From an uncultured delta proteobacterium (GTDB lineage: Bacteria; Desulfobacterota; Desulfomonilia; UBA1062): 64,000 nucleotides of DNA. The stretch spans positions 1 through 64,000 of the forward strand of contig CAVVYZ010000020.1 of NCBI GenBank assembly GCA_963752595.1. Reading direction: 5' to 3'. The translations under genes were made by a program, and so were the position numbers. Positions 55,068 to 64,000 of the stretch are shown here, in pieces. The notes beneath the pieces are model-generated. The model made no database searches. It saw only the letters and a program-made list of their open reading frames with translations, and was not told where the DNA came from. The stretch's first letter is position 1. Every line of letters begins with the position of its first letter.

Positions 55068-56147
55068 TTATTTGGGTATTGTGCCTTCCACGAACGGCGG
55101 ATGCACGGCCGTGGCTTTCAGAGGTTTTGATCTTACGATAATCTCTACGTCATCATTTTCCAAGACGGTGCTGTCCAGGTATGCAAGCGCGACCCCTGCT
55201 CCCAGGACCGGTGAGATGCTCCCCGATGTAACGGTTCCCACCTCATGCCCGTCCCGGACGCAGACACATCCCTGGCGGGGGATACCCTTGTCCTTGAGCA
55301 GAAGACCCATTAAATGCCGTTTGAGCCCTGACCGGGCCTGCTCGTCGAGCGCCTCCTTGCCTATGAACGCCTTCTTCCCCATGTCCACGGCGAAATTCAG
55401 CCCTGCCTCCAGAGGCGTGTGGGACTCGTCGATGTCGTTGCCGTGGAGGGGGTATCCCATTTCAAGCCTTAAAGTATCTCTGGCGCCCAGGCCGCACGGG
55501 GTTGCTCCCCGGCCGATCAGGTCATTCCACAGGAGCGATGCGTGCTCTGCATCGAGAAAGATCTCAACGCCGCCTGCCCCTGTGTAGCCTGTTTTCGAGA
55601 TCAGGAACTCACCGTACCGGGATGTCCGGGCCGCGGCGAAGGTGTATTTCTTGAGAGTCCCGAGGTCGAATGCAAGGGCCGATTTCAGGATGCGTGAAGC
55701 ATCCGGGCCCTGCAGCGCAAGGAGAGCAGTCCGGCTGCTTCTGTCTTCGAGGACCGCACCTTCTTTGTTCCGGCTGCCGAGCCATTTCAGGTCCTGCTCC
55801 GTGTTCGATGCATTAACGCAGAGCATATAGCTTTCTCCGGGCTCGATGCAGTACACCGTGAGGTCATCGATGATACCCCCGTGCTCGTTGAGGAAAAAGC
55901 TGTAATATACTTTGTTCCTTGGCATCGACGGGATGTCCCGGGTGAGGATCCGGTCGAGGAAAGGCACGCTCTGTCTTCCCTGCACGTATATCTCGCCCAT
56001 GTGGCTCGCATCGAACAGCCCTGCAGAGGTTCTTGTCGCCATGTGCTCTTCTATGATGCCGGTATACCAGACGGGCATCTCCCACCCGTGGAAGTCGACG
56101 ATCTTCGCATGAAGCTTCTCATGCTCGTGAAACAGCGGTGTCCTCAT
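55068..56147 (-). CDS. gcvT: Glycine cleavage system aminomethyltransferase T
   Basis: FDASHMG, TGYTG, GLGARDTLRLE. Confidence 0.95.
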   Translation of the reverse strand: MRTPLFHEHEKLHAKIVDFHGWEMPVWYTGIIEEHMATRTSAGLFDASHMGEIYVQGRQSVPFLDRILTRDIPSMPRNKVYYSFFLNEHGGIIDDLTVYCIEPGESYMLCVNASNTEQDLKWLGSRNKEGAVLEDRSSRTALLALQGPDASRILKSALAFDLGTLKKYTFAAARTSRYGEFLISKTGYTGAGGVEIFLDAEHASLLWNDLIGRGATPCGLGARDTLRLEMGYPLHGNDIDESHTPLEAGLNFAVDMGKKAFIGKEALDEQARSGLKRHLMGLLLKDKGIPRQGCVCVRDGHEVGTVTSGSISPVLGAGVALAYLDSTVLENDDVEIIVRSKPLKATAVHPPFVEGTIPK

Positions 56148-56298
56148 TTTTCAAGTCCTCATACCTTTATAATATGAGTGCATCCGGTCACAGTACCATA
56201 CAAGGCGCATGCGAAAAGCGCCTCCACGGAAGAAAACGGGCAGGTGCAGCTTTTTATCAACCATGGCCGCAGGCCGCATTGCAAAGAGGGGGCGAAGA

Positions 56299-57150
56299 TC
56301 AGGAAACGCGGGCTTTGGCTGCTATCAGGGTATTTTCCAGCAGCATGGTGATGGTCATGGGCCCGACTCCGCCCGGGACGGGGGTGATCAGCCGCGCATG
56401 CCCGGCAGCATCTTCGAACTCCACATCACCTTTCAGTTTGCCGTTCTCCATCCGGTTCACGCCCACGTCGATCACGACCGCGCCGTCCTTGATCCAGTCA
56501 CCGCTGATCATCTCGGGCTTGCCGATGGCTGCCACGACGATGTCTGCCCGGGAGACCTTTTCTTTCAGATCGATCGTGCGCGAATGGCATATCGTGATGG
56601 TTGCGTGCTCCATCATGAGCAGCAGCGCAACCGGCTTGCCCACGATATTGCTCCTCCCCACAATCACTGCGTCTTTGCCCTTGATCTCGACTCCGTACTC
56701 ATGAAGCATGGATATGATCCCTCTGGGGGTGCACGGCACCAGGGTAGGCTTGCCCATCAGGAGCATGCCCATATTGTAGGGGTGAAACCCGTCCACGTCC
56801 TTTGCCGGGTCGATCTTCAGGAGGATCTCATCCTCCCTTAAGCGGGCAGGCAGCGGAAGCTGGACCAGGATCCCGTCGACCTCGTCTCTGTTGTTGAGCT
56901 CTTCGATGAGAGACAGGATCTCCTCCTGCGTCGTCTTCTCATCCATGCGGTACTCAAAGGACATGATGCCGGATTGTTCGCAGGCAATCTTTTTATTCTT
57001 CACATAGATGCCTGATGCAGGGTCATTGCCCACGAGGACTACCGCAAGCCCCGGGGCCCTGTTGCGTGTTCTGGTGAAATCAGCCGCGGCTGTCGCTATC
57101 TCGGCGCGTTTCTTCCGTGACAATTCCTTGCCGTCAATTATCGTGCCCAA
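56299..57150 (-). CDS. folD: Methylenetetrahydrofolate dehydrogenase/cyclohydrolase
   Basis: VQLPLP, KDVDGFHP, PCTP, TPVPGGVGPMT; start uncertain (57150 or 57174). Confidence 0.95.
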   Translation of the reverse strand: MGTIIDGKELSRKKRAEIATAAADFTRTRNRAPGLAVVLVGNDPASGIYVKNKKIACEQSGIMSFEYRMDEKTTQEEILSLIEELNNRDEVDGILVQLPLPARLREDEILLKIDPAKDVDGFHPYNMGMLLMGKPTLVPCTPRGIISMLHEYGVEIKGKDAVIVGRSNIVGKPVALLLMMEHATITICHSRTIDLKEKVSRADIVVAAIGKPEMISGDWIKDGAVVIDVGVNRMENGKLKGDVEFEDAAGHARLITPVPGGVGPMTITMLLENTLIAAKARVS

Positions 57151-57216
57151 TACCCTCTCTCCCTTTAGATTCATTTCGCGGCGTGTAAGCCGACGTTACA
57201 TGACAATAATTAAAGA

Positions 57217-58282
57217 TTACGTCCTGTACACCCATTTCACAGGCAAAGGACGGAAGCTCACCGCATGGGGCATGGGCAGGATCATCTCCATGTCCACTGC
57301 AAGCCAGCTGAAGTCGGGCTTTAAGATCCTGAGCTTTCCGTCTGCAGGAGGTGTCCCCCATTCGGTGTGTTTATACGTTACAAAGAGGATGACATCAAAG
57401 AACTGCTCCGATTCACCCAGGGCATAGCCCTGGCTGAAGCATTCCATGGTGATATTGTTGTTCTCGATGAGCTGTTTGGCCAGCTGCTTATCGAACTGGA
57501 TGACCGCATAGCGGCCCACGCCCTTCTCCGAGTAGCGGGTGAGCGTCTTGGCCTCTGCGCTGGATACGTATACCGTGGCAAGGCCGGTAGTGTTCTTGAG
57601 GTACTGGAAGGCATATGAGAGCTGCCGACCTGCGCCCGCCGGTTGCCTGGTGGTGCCAGCCATAGTATTCGAACAGCTTCTGCTGCAAGATCTCGGCATA
57701 CCGGTCGCCTTTTTCATAGAGGCTCTTCGAGATGTACCGCAGTTCCTTTGCGAGGCTTTCGGCAGCCTCGGCGATAGGCCAGTCGATTTTGACATGAAAG
57801 TGGGTGAGCGAGTAGCGGTTGTGTTTCTTGAACCGGTTGTCCCGCTGGATCAGCAGGCAGTAATCCACATCGATGAGCTGATCGAAGAGTTCGAAGAAAG
57901 CATCCCGTTCGAAGAACCGGATCGTAGAGGAGAAAGGGCGGTGGAGCCTCAGGTCCGGGACCAGGGAGATGGTGTCCTTTCTCACCCTGTTGGTGTCGGA
58001 GAACCTGATGTATTTCTGGTGTGCGTCATCGATCGTATCTTCGCAGAAAACGATAAAAAAGGGCCTGGCGAGAGACGACTCCTTTGAGAATTCCTTTTTC
58101 TTGGGCCTCAGATCGCTGGAGTCCACATAGAGGTAGGGGACATTCTTTTCCTGACAATTCCTGTACGGCTCTTCCAGCGCGATAGCCTTGAGCTTGAGCT
58201 CAAGCTCATCACGAAGGAAGACATAGATCGATCGTCGTATCTTCTCTGTATGGCCCAGTTCGAATCGCGACTTTTTTTCCAT
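57217..58282 (-). CDS. Hypothetical protein, one frameshift near 57615
   Basis: Two long overlapping ORFs join into one ~350-aa protein with coding-like codon use. Confidence 0.6.
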
Positions 58283-58328
58283 GAAAAACCGGTACGCTCC
58301 TTATTCGCCCATCAAAAGAAAAAGGGTA

Positions 58329-58707
58329 TGAAGCAGTCCATAAGCCGGGTTCTGTGTCCCTGCCCAAGTTGCCTTGAGCCGAGCGGCGATCATTCATCTA
58401 GGGCAGCAGTTGCCTGCTGCCTCGAGCGACCTACCCAGGGGCGGGACGGGCAGCCCTTACAGCCCCTCTTTTGGTCTTGCTCCGGGTGGGGTTTGCCAAG
58501 CTTCCCCGGTCACCCGGGGAACTGGTGAGCTCTTACCTCGCCGTTTCACCCTTACTCCCCGTATAGGGGGGCGGTTTGTTTTCTGTGGCACTTTCCCTAG
58601 GGTCACCCCCGGTCGCCGTTAGCGACCACCCTTGCCCTGCGGAGCCCGGACTTTCCTCTCGCGCCTGCTACAAGAGCAAAGCATCAGCGATCACCTGTAC
58701 TCCTTCA
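58329..58707 (-). ncRNA. rnpB: RNase P RNA (class A)
   Basis: Minus strand GAGGAAAGTCCGGG, AGTGCCACAGAAA, GGGTGAAACGG, ACAGAACCCGGCTTAT; ends pair as P1. Confidence 0.95.
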
Positions 58708-58920
58708 ACCCATCACAATCCTTACAAGATGAGGCCATGAAATTCAAGTATGAAATAGGAGCATACGGAAACGGAAGAGTGTCATGGATAAAAATGTACT
58801 GATACAATGCCTCGGTGAGGGATTCATCATCCATCGGCAATATGCCCGTATCGAATAGACTGTATTTTTTTGTATATTTTTTCGAAAAGATCCTATGGTA
58901 TAAAAAAAAGAAAGGGAGAT

Positions 58921-60975
58921 GTGGTGAACAGGAACCTGGATTTTTTCAATCTCTACCGTCACGGCTTTATCAGGGTTGCCGCCTGTATCCCTGAGCTCAA
59001 GGTGAGCGATCCCATTTACAATTCCCGGGAAACCCTTGATCTGATCAGGGATGCACATGCAAGGAAGGCCGTGCTCGCGATGTTCCCCGAGCTGGGCATC
59101 TCCGCATACTCCAACGAGGACCTGTTCTTTCAGCAGGCGCTTCTTGATTCCGTAAGGACGGCGCTCGGATTCATCCTTCAGGAAACGGTTTCGCTCGATA
59201 TCGCCGTTGTAGTGGGCGCTCCGCTCGATGTGGAAGGCGGCCTGTACAACTGTGCTGTTGTCATGCACCGCGGGATTATCAAGGGCATCGCGGTCAAGAG
59301 CTATCTGCCCAATTACCGTGAATTTTACGAGGCCCGCCAGTTCAGGCCTTCCCACGAGCTTCCCGTGAGCACCATCGACCTGTGCGGTCAGCGCGACATC
59401 CCCATCGGTGCAGACCTGATCTTTTCCGTGCCTGCCATAACCGGTTTCAAATTTTTTATCGAGATATGCGAAGACCTCTGGGCGCCCATACCGCCTTCGA
59501 GCTATGCAGCTTTGGCCGGTGCGTCGGTCATGATCAACCTCTCGGCATCGAACATCACCGTGGGAAAGGACGAATACCGGCATCAGCTGGCAGGGAACCA
59601 GTCGGCCCGGTGCATGGCTGCATACATATATACGGCTGCGGGGTTCGGGGAATCGACCACGGATCTTGCCTGGGACGGCCATGCCATGGTGTATGAAAAC
59701 GGCAACCTTATCTCGGAATCCAAGCGGTTTTCCAAAGGCCCCCAGGTCATATGCGCCGATATCGATCTCGACCGGCTGTCTACCGACAGGCTCCGCTCCA
59801 ATACTTTCCATGCGGCAAGGACCTTTCATCGCCATACCTTCAGGCAGGTCTCTGTCGATGTACTGACTCCCGGCGAGGGAATCCTGCTGGAGCGAGAGAT
59901 CTCCCGCTTTCCCTATGTCCCTTCCCAAGCCGCGCTCAGGGACAAGCGGTGCTACGAGGTTTACAACATCCAGGTGCAGGGGATCGCGAAGAGGATGCTC
60001 TCGACAGGGATCAAGAACCTCGTCATCGGGGTTTCCGGAGGGCTCGATTCCACCCATGCCCTCATCGTGTGTGCGCGTGCCATGGATATGCTGGGGCTTC
60101 CCCGGACGAACATCAAGGCGTACACCCTGCCGGGGTTCGCAACGTCCCAGAAGACTTACAACAACGCAAAAGAGCTCATGGCGGCACTGCATGTGGAGGC
60201 AGGCGAGATCGACATCAAGCCCGCCTCAAAGCAGATGATGAAGGACATCGGTCATCCCTATGCCAAGGGTGAGGATCTCTACGACATAACCTTTGAAAAC
60301 ATCCAGGCAGGCCAGAGGACCTCGATACTCTTCCGCCTGGCGAACTTCAGAGACGCGCTGGTGGTCGGCACCGGCGATCTGAGCGAGCTGGCGCTGGGGT
60401 GGAGCACCTACGGGGTGGGAGACCAGATGTCCCATTACAACGTCAATGCCAGCGTGCCCAAAACCCTTATCCAGTACGTCATCCGCTGGGTTGCCGAGAA
60501 GGATCTGTTTGGCGCGGAAGCCTCCAGGTCCTTGAAAGACATTCTCGAAACCGTGATCAGCCCGGAGCTCGTACCGGGTACAGCCTCGGATGAACCGGCC
60601 CAGATGACCGAGGAAGTCATCGGTCCCTACGAGCTCCAGGATTTCAACACCTTCTACACCGTACGCTACGGCTATCTGCCTTCGAAGATTGCGTTCCTTT
60701 CCTGGTCGGCATGGCACGACAGGCAGAAAGGCTTATGGCCAGATGTGCCGGAAGCCACGCGCAACGAATACGCGCTGCCCGAAATAAAGCACTGGCTCCA
60801 GGTGTTCATACGGCGTTTCTTCAAGCTCAGCCAGTACAAAAGATCCTGCATCCCCAATGCCCCCAAGGTAGGTTCGGGCGGTTCCCTTTCGCCCCGGGGA
60901 GATTACCGGGCCCCGAGCGACAGCGAAGACGCCCCCTGGCTCGAGGACCTCCGGAACGTGCCTGACTCCGAATAA
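58921..60975 (+). CDS. nadE: Glutamine-dependent NAD+ synthetase
   Basis: FPEL, EICEDLW nitrilase domain; [22 protein letters not shown]. Confidence 0.95.
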   Translation: MVNRNLDFFNLYRHGFIRVAACIPELKVSDPIYNSRETLDLIRDAHARKAVLAMFPELGISAYSNEDLFFQQALLDSVRTALGFILQETVSLDIAVVVGAPLDVEGGLYNCAVVMHRGIIKGIAVKSYLPNYREFYEARQFRPSHELPVSTIDLCGQRDIPIGADLIFSVPAITGFKFFIEICEDLWAPIPPSSYAALAGASVMINLSASNITVGKDEYRHQLAGNQSARCMAAYIYTAAGFGESTTDLAWDGHAMVYENGNLISESKRFSKGPQVICADIDLDRLSTDRLRSNTFHAARTFHRHTFRQVSVDVLTPGEGILLEREISRFPYVPSQAALRDKRCYEVYNIQVQGIAKRMLSTGIKNLVIGVSGGLDSTHALIVCARAMDMLGLPRTNIKAYTLPGFATSQKTYNNAKELMAALHVEAGEIDIKPASKQMMKDIGHPYAKGEDLYDITFENIQAGQRTSILFRLANFRDALVVGTGDLSELALGWSTYGVGDQMSHYNVNASVPKTLIQYVIRWVAEKDLFGAEASRSLKDILETVISPELVPGTASDEPAQMTEEVIGPYELQDFNTFYTVRYGYLPSKIAFLSWSAWHDRQKGLWPDVPEATRNEYALPEIKHWLQVFIRRFFKLSQYKRSCIPNAPKVGSGGSLSPRGDYRAPSDSEDAPWLEDLRNVPDSE

Positions 60976-61150
60976 AAAAACCGACCGCACTGAATACTCA
61001 AATGATCCGTGCCGGATATCCGCTGAACTACAATTGGAATCCTTTTCCCTCCGGACTAATGCCCACAGGACTCTGGGCTTGGGTGCGTAACCGGCCTCCG
61101 GTTCAAGATTATAGAATTATATTCCGAACACGATGTGAGTGGAGGATGCC

Positions 61151-61954
61151 ATGAAAAAGAGTGGGGGAAAAGATACGGGCAGTGATGTGAAGGGTATTCT
61201 GAAGCAGGCGGATGCCCTGAAGGAGTATCTGGAAAAGGGCGGCACGGAATCCATCAGGCAGCTCATCCTCTTCATGGACACCCTCAAAGATGCAATACTT
61301 TCCCTTACCACCGGAGACCTTGAAAAAGCGGCTCAAGCCATGAAAAAGCTCAGCTCAATCGCTACGACCGAGCTGTTCCTGGGTATCGGTGAGATCACGA
61401 GGGATCTCCATGAGTCCATCAAAGACATCCAGAATTTTCTGGAGCCCATTATCACCAATATCACCGAAGAGGACATCCAGGGATTATCCAGTAAGCTCGC
61501 CCATGTCTCCAGCCTGGTGAAAGACACCTCTGAGCGTACCCTCGACCTGCTCTTTTCCCGCCAGGAGATCGCGCTCGCGGATAACGTCGCATATGATACC
61601 GTTGCCAGGCTCATCGTATCCGATGACAAGAAAGGTGCGATGCTGAAGCTCAAGCAGCTTAAATCCCACAACTCCGAGCTCGTAGGCGAGCTCATGCGCA
61701 TCAGCGAGCTGCAGATCCACGCCGATCTCGTCGATCAGATCATCAAGAAGGTGAGCAGGGTCGTGGAAAACATGGAGACCAGGCTCGTAGACCTTATCAG
61801 GAGATATGACCATCAGCATACCTCCCTGAAACAATCGGAAAACGCGGCCAAGCACGGCCGGACACTCCACGGCCCAGTCATCCCGGGTGAGGCAAAGGGC
61901 ATCGCTTCATCACAGGATGATGTGGACAATCTCTTGAAGTCGTTCGGTCTCTAG
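61151..61954 (+). CDS. CheZ-like protein phosphatase
   Basis: Helical protein, IGEITRDLHE, LHGP, C-terminal SQDDVDNLLKSFGL. Confidence 0.7.
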   Translation: MKKSGGKDTGSDVKGILKQADALKEYLEKGGTESIRQLILFMDTLKDAILSLTTGDLEKAAQAMKKLSSIATTELFLGIGEITRDLHESIKDIQNFLEPIITNITEEDIQGLSSKLAHVSSLVKDTSERTLDLLFSRQEIALADNVAYDTVARLIVSDDKKGAMLKLKQLKSHNSELVGELMRISELQIHADLVDQIIKKVSRVVENMETRLVDLIRRYDHQHTSLKQSENAAKHGRTLHGPVIPGEAKGIASSQDDVDNLLKSFGL

Positions 61955-61976
61955 CGATATACCATTCTATATCACT

Positions 61977-62984
61977 ATGAGGCCTTCGTTTGTACCCCGG
62001 CTCGTGAACGGCCCTCTTTTCGATCCGGTTCTGTATGTCAGGATCATGAACGAAAAAAAGGCGCTGATGTTCGACTGCGGCTATTTTCAGACAATGGCCG
62101 ATCGTGAGCTTCTGGCCCTGGACACGATCTGTATCAGCCATGGCCACATGAACCATTTCATGGGGTTCGACAATGTCCTGCGCACGATCCTCCACAGGAA
62201 AGAACCATTGAACATTTACGGCCCTGAAGGAATCATAAGGAAAGTGCTCTCGAAGCTGCAGGCGTATACCTGGAACTTATCCTCCGGCTATGCCCTGGAA
62301 ATCAGGATCCATGAGATATTGCCCAAACAAGTGAACGTAGCCAGGGCCAGGGCGGACGAGGGGTTCACCTTATCCTCCGAGGAAGTTCTGCCGAGAACCG
62401 GCGCTGTGATAGCAGACTCGGCACGGTACTGCCTTGAGGCGGTCATACTCGATCATGGGGATATACCCTGCCTGGGATATGTTCTGAAAGAGCCTTGCCA
62501 CATCAACATTCGAAAAGGTATCCTGACGAAGAAAGGGTATATCGCCGGACCCTGGCTGGGAAGGCTGAAGAGCTGCATATTTAGGGGAATCCCGGACGAG
62601 CCCGTTTTGGTGAAAACCTCTTCCGGGATGAGGGAAATCCCTGCCGGAGAGCTCAAGGCAGAGCTCGTGGTGGTGACGAAAGGGCAGTCGATCGCATATA
62701 TAACGGATATCGCCTGTACCGGGCGGAACATCCGGGCCCTCGATACCCTGGGGAAAGGTATAGGCAGCCTTTTTATCGAGACATTTTATCTTGACGAGCT
62801 TCGAAGTCTTGCCCTCGAGAAGGGGCATCTCACTGCAGCCCAGGCAGGAATGATCGCCTGCTCGATGAAAGCAAAACATGTCTTCCCCATGCATGTTTCC
62901 CCACGGTATCATGACCGGATCGATGAGATTTCCGCAGAGATGATCAATGCCCGGAGAGAAGGCCTGGTTGACATCATCCCTTGA
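61977..62984 (+). CDS. Ribonuclease Z-like metallo-beta-lactamase fold protein
   Basis: RLVNGPLFDP, SHGHMNHFMG, GHLTA, HVSPRY. Confidence 0.8.
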   Translation: MRPSFVPRLVNGPLFDPVLYVRIMNEKKALMFDCGYFQTMADRELLALDTICISHGHMNHFMGFDNVLRTILHRKEPLNIYGPEGIIRKVLSKLQAYTWNLSSGYALEIRIHEILPKQVNVARARADEGFTLSSEEVLPRTGAVIADSARYCLEAVILDHGDIPCLGYVLKEPCHINIRKGILTKKGYIAGPWLGRLKSCIFRGIPDEPVLVKTSSGMREIPAGELKAELVVVTKGQSIAYITDIACTGRNIRALDTLGKGIGSLFIETFYLDELRSLALEKGHLTAAQAGMIACSMKAKHVFPMHVSPRYHDRIDEISAEMINARREGLVDIIP

Positions 62985-63075
62985 AACCCGGCCGTGAAAA
63001 GACAACCCTGTTGATATTATCAAGCCATTCCGGTAATGAAATGGAGCAACTTCATGCTGATAGCAAAGGACCTTT

Positions 63076-63615
63076 ATGAAATTTATCAAAACCGATCTGC
63101 AGGGCGCATTTGTGATTGAGCCGGAGGTGTATAAGGATAACAGAGGATTCTTCCTTGAGACCTATAACCGTAAGGTGTTTGAAGAACAAGGGATCAGCCC
63201 GGATTTCTTCCAGGATAATTATTCCTTTTCTCAAAAGAAAGGGGTGCTCAGAGGATTGCACTTCCAATATCCTCCCCATTCACAGGCAAAGCTGGTCATG
63301 GTCGTGTGCGGGACTATATTCGATGTCATTGTTGACTTGAGGAAAGGCTCATCCGGATACGGCAGATGGATCGGTATTGAGCTGAGCAGTTCGCCGTTCC
63401 GCATGATCTATGTCCCCAGGGGATTTGCTCATGGTTTCTGTACGCTTTCGGATAATGCCCATGTGCTTTACAAGGTCGATGCACTCTACAACCCCGGTAC
63501 CGACGGAGGAATCAGATGGAATGATCCGGACCTGAATATCCCGTGGCCTGTCTCCGAGCCCATCCTCTCCGTGAAAGATAAGGAACTGCCGTTCCTCAAG
63601 GATGTCTTTCTGTAG
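63076..63615 (+). CDS. rmlC: dTDP-4-dehydrorhamnose 3,5-epimerase
   Basis: DNRGFF, GVLRGLHFQ, GFAHGF, WNDP. Confidence 0.95.
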   Translation: MKFIKTDLQGAFVIEPEVYKDNRGFFLETYNRKVFEEQGISPDFFQDNYSFSQKKGVLRGLHFQYPPHSQAKLVMVVCGTIFDVIVDLRKGSSGYGRWIGIELSSSPFRMIYVPRGFAHGFCTLSDNAHVLYKVDALYNPGTDGGIRWNDPDLNIPWPVSEPILSVKDKELPFLKDVFL

Positions 63616-63823
63616 CTGTCCGATAATATAAATTACTTTGCTCATGTGTGTTATTTTTTTTAAATACCCTGACGATATGAGCTTATGAAACGCAGTTAGA
63701 TCCTCGTGTCCCTTTAGGAATGCACACAAGACGGGGATGTGGACAATCACTCTTTAAGGGGTTATGCACGGATGAACCATCGGGTAAGAGAGCCGGTTCT
63801 GAGAAAATATCAAGGGTTATACC

Positions 63824-64000
63824 ATGCCGTCATCTGATACGAGCAACAAGACATCCGATCAGGCCGATTACAGGGAGCTTCCCCTGTCCATTATGCGGAT
63901 CAATGAACGGTATGACTTTGATATCTCTATCCGGATCAAGGATGACTACCGGCTTTTTGCAGCCAAGGGGGCGTTCTTTACCGAAGATCACAGCAAGCCG
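63824..64000 (+). CDS. 5' part of a CDS truncated by the window edge
   Basis: Open frame MPSSDTSNKTSDQADYRELPLSIMR... to the end of the window. Confidence 0.5.
   Translation, partial: MPSSDTSNKTSDQADYRELPLSIMRINERYDFDISIRIKDDYRLFAAKGAFFTEDHSKP

Noticed and set aside
56148-56298. Glycine riboswitch upstream of gcvT
   Set aside because: The gap is short and no recognisable aptamer consensus is visible.
15993-60192. Long antisense ORFs (for example 15993-16976, 20887-22230, 35648-36823, 58744-60192)
   Set aside because: Shadow frames of GC-rich genes on the opposite strand.
1-64000. CRISPR array, tRNA (including selC) or rRNA genes
   Set aside because: No regularly spaced repeats or recognisable tRNA/rRNA sequence seen by eye; the Sec machinery would have to lie outside this window.

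Overview
GC-rich anaerobe-like bacterial DNA, probably Desulfobacterota/deltaproteobacterial (inferred from gene content). Many genes carry 1-bp frameshifts that look like long-read errors. The main feature is a ~30 kb co-regulated periplasmic redox island (about 9.7-39.5 kb) that the ORF track fragments. Five paralogous secreted genes are each split by an in-frame TGA in the motif D-U-G-[S/H]-C. Each TGA is followed at identical spacing by a SECIS-like hairpin, with one compensatory base-pair change, so these are very likely selenoproteins of the UGSC family (GrdB-like UxxC domain; four are fused to a ~350-aa uncharacterised domain). They cluster with a porin, a rhodanese, a MauE protein, a Tat DUF6282-like hydrolase, a tetraheme cytochrome plus flavocytochrome, a ~15-heme cytochrome c-cytochrome b fusion, ResB/CcsA and hemA/hemC. 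Six copies of a 4 x 11-bp 'CAC' box array precede these operons and point to the adjacent BaeSR-like two-component system as regulator. The flanks hold an RND efflux operon, IS remnants, a GT4/methyltransferase/prenyltransferase-like/radical SAM cluster with an MMPL exporter, ECF sigma/anti-sigma, gcvTHP, folD, rnpB, nadE and rmlC.
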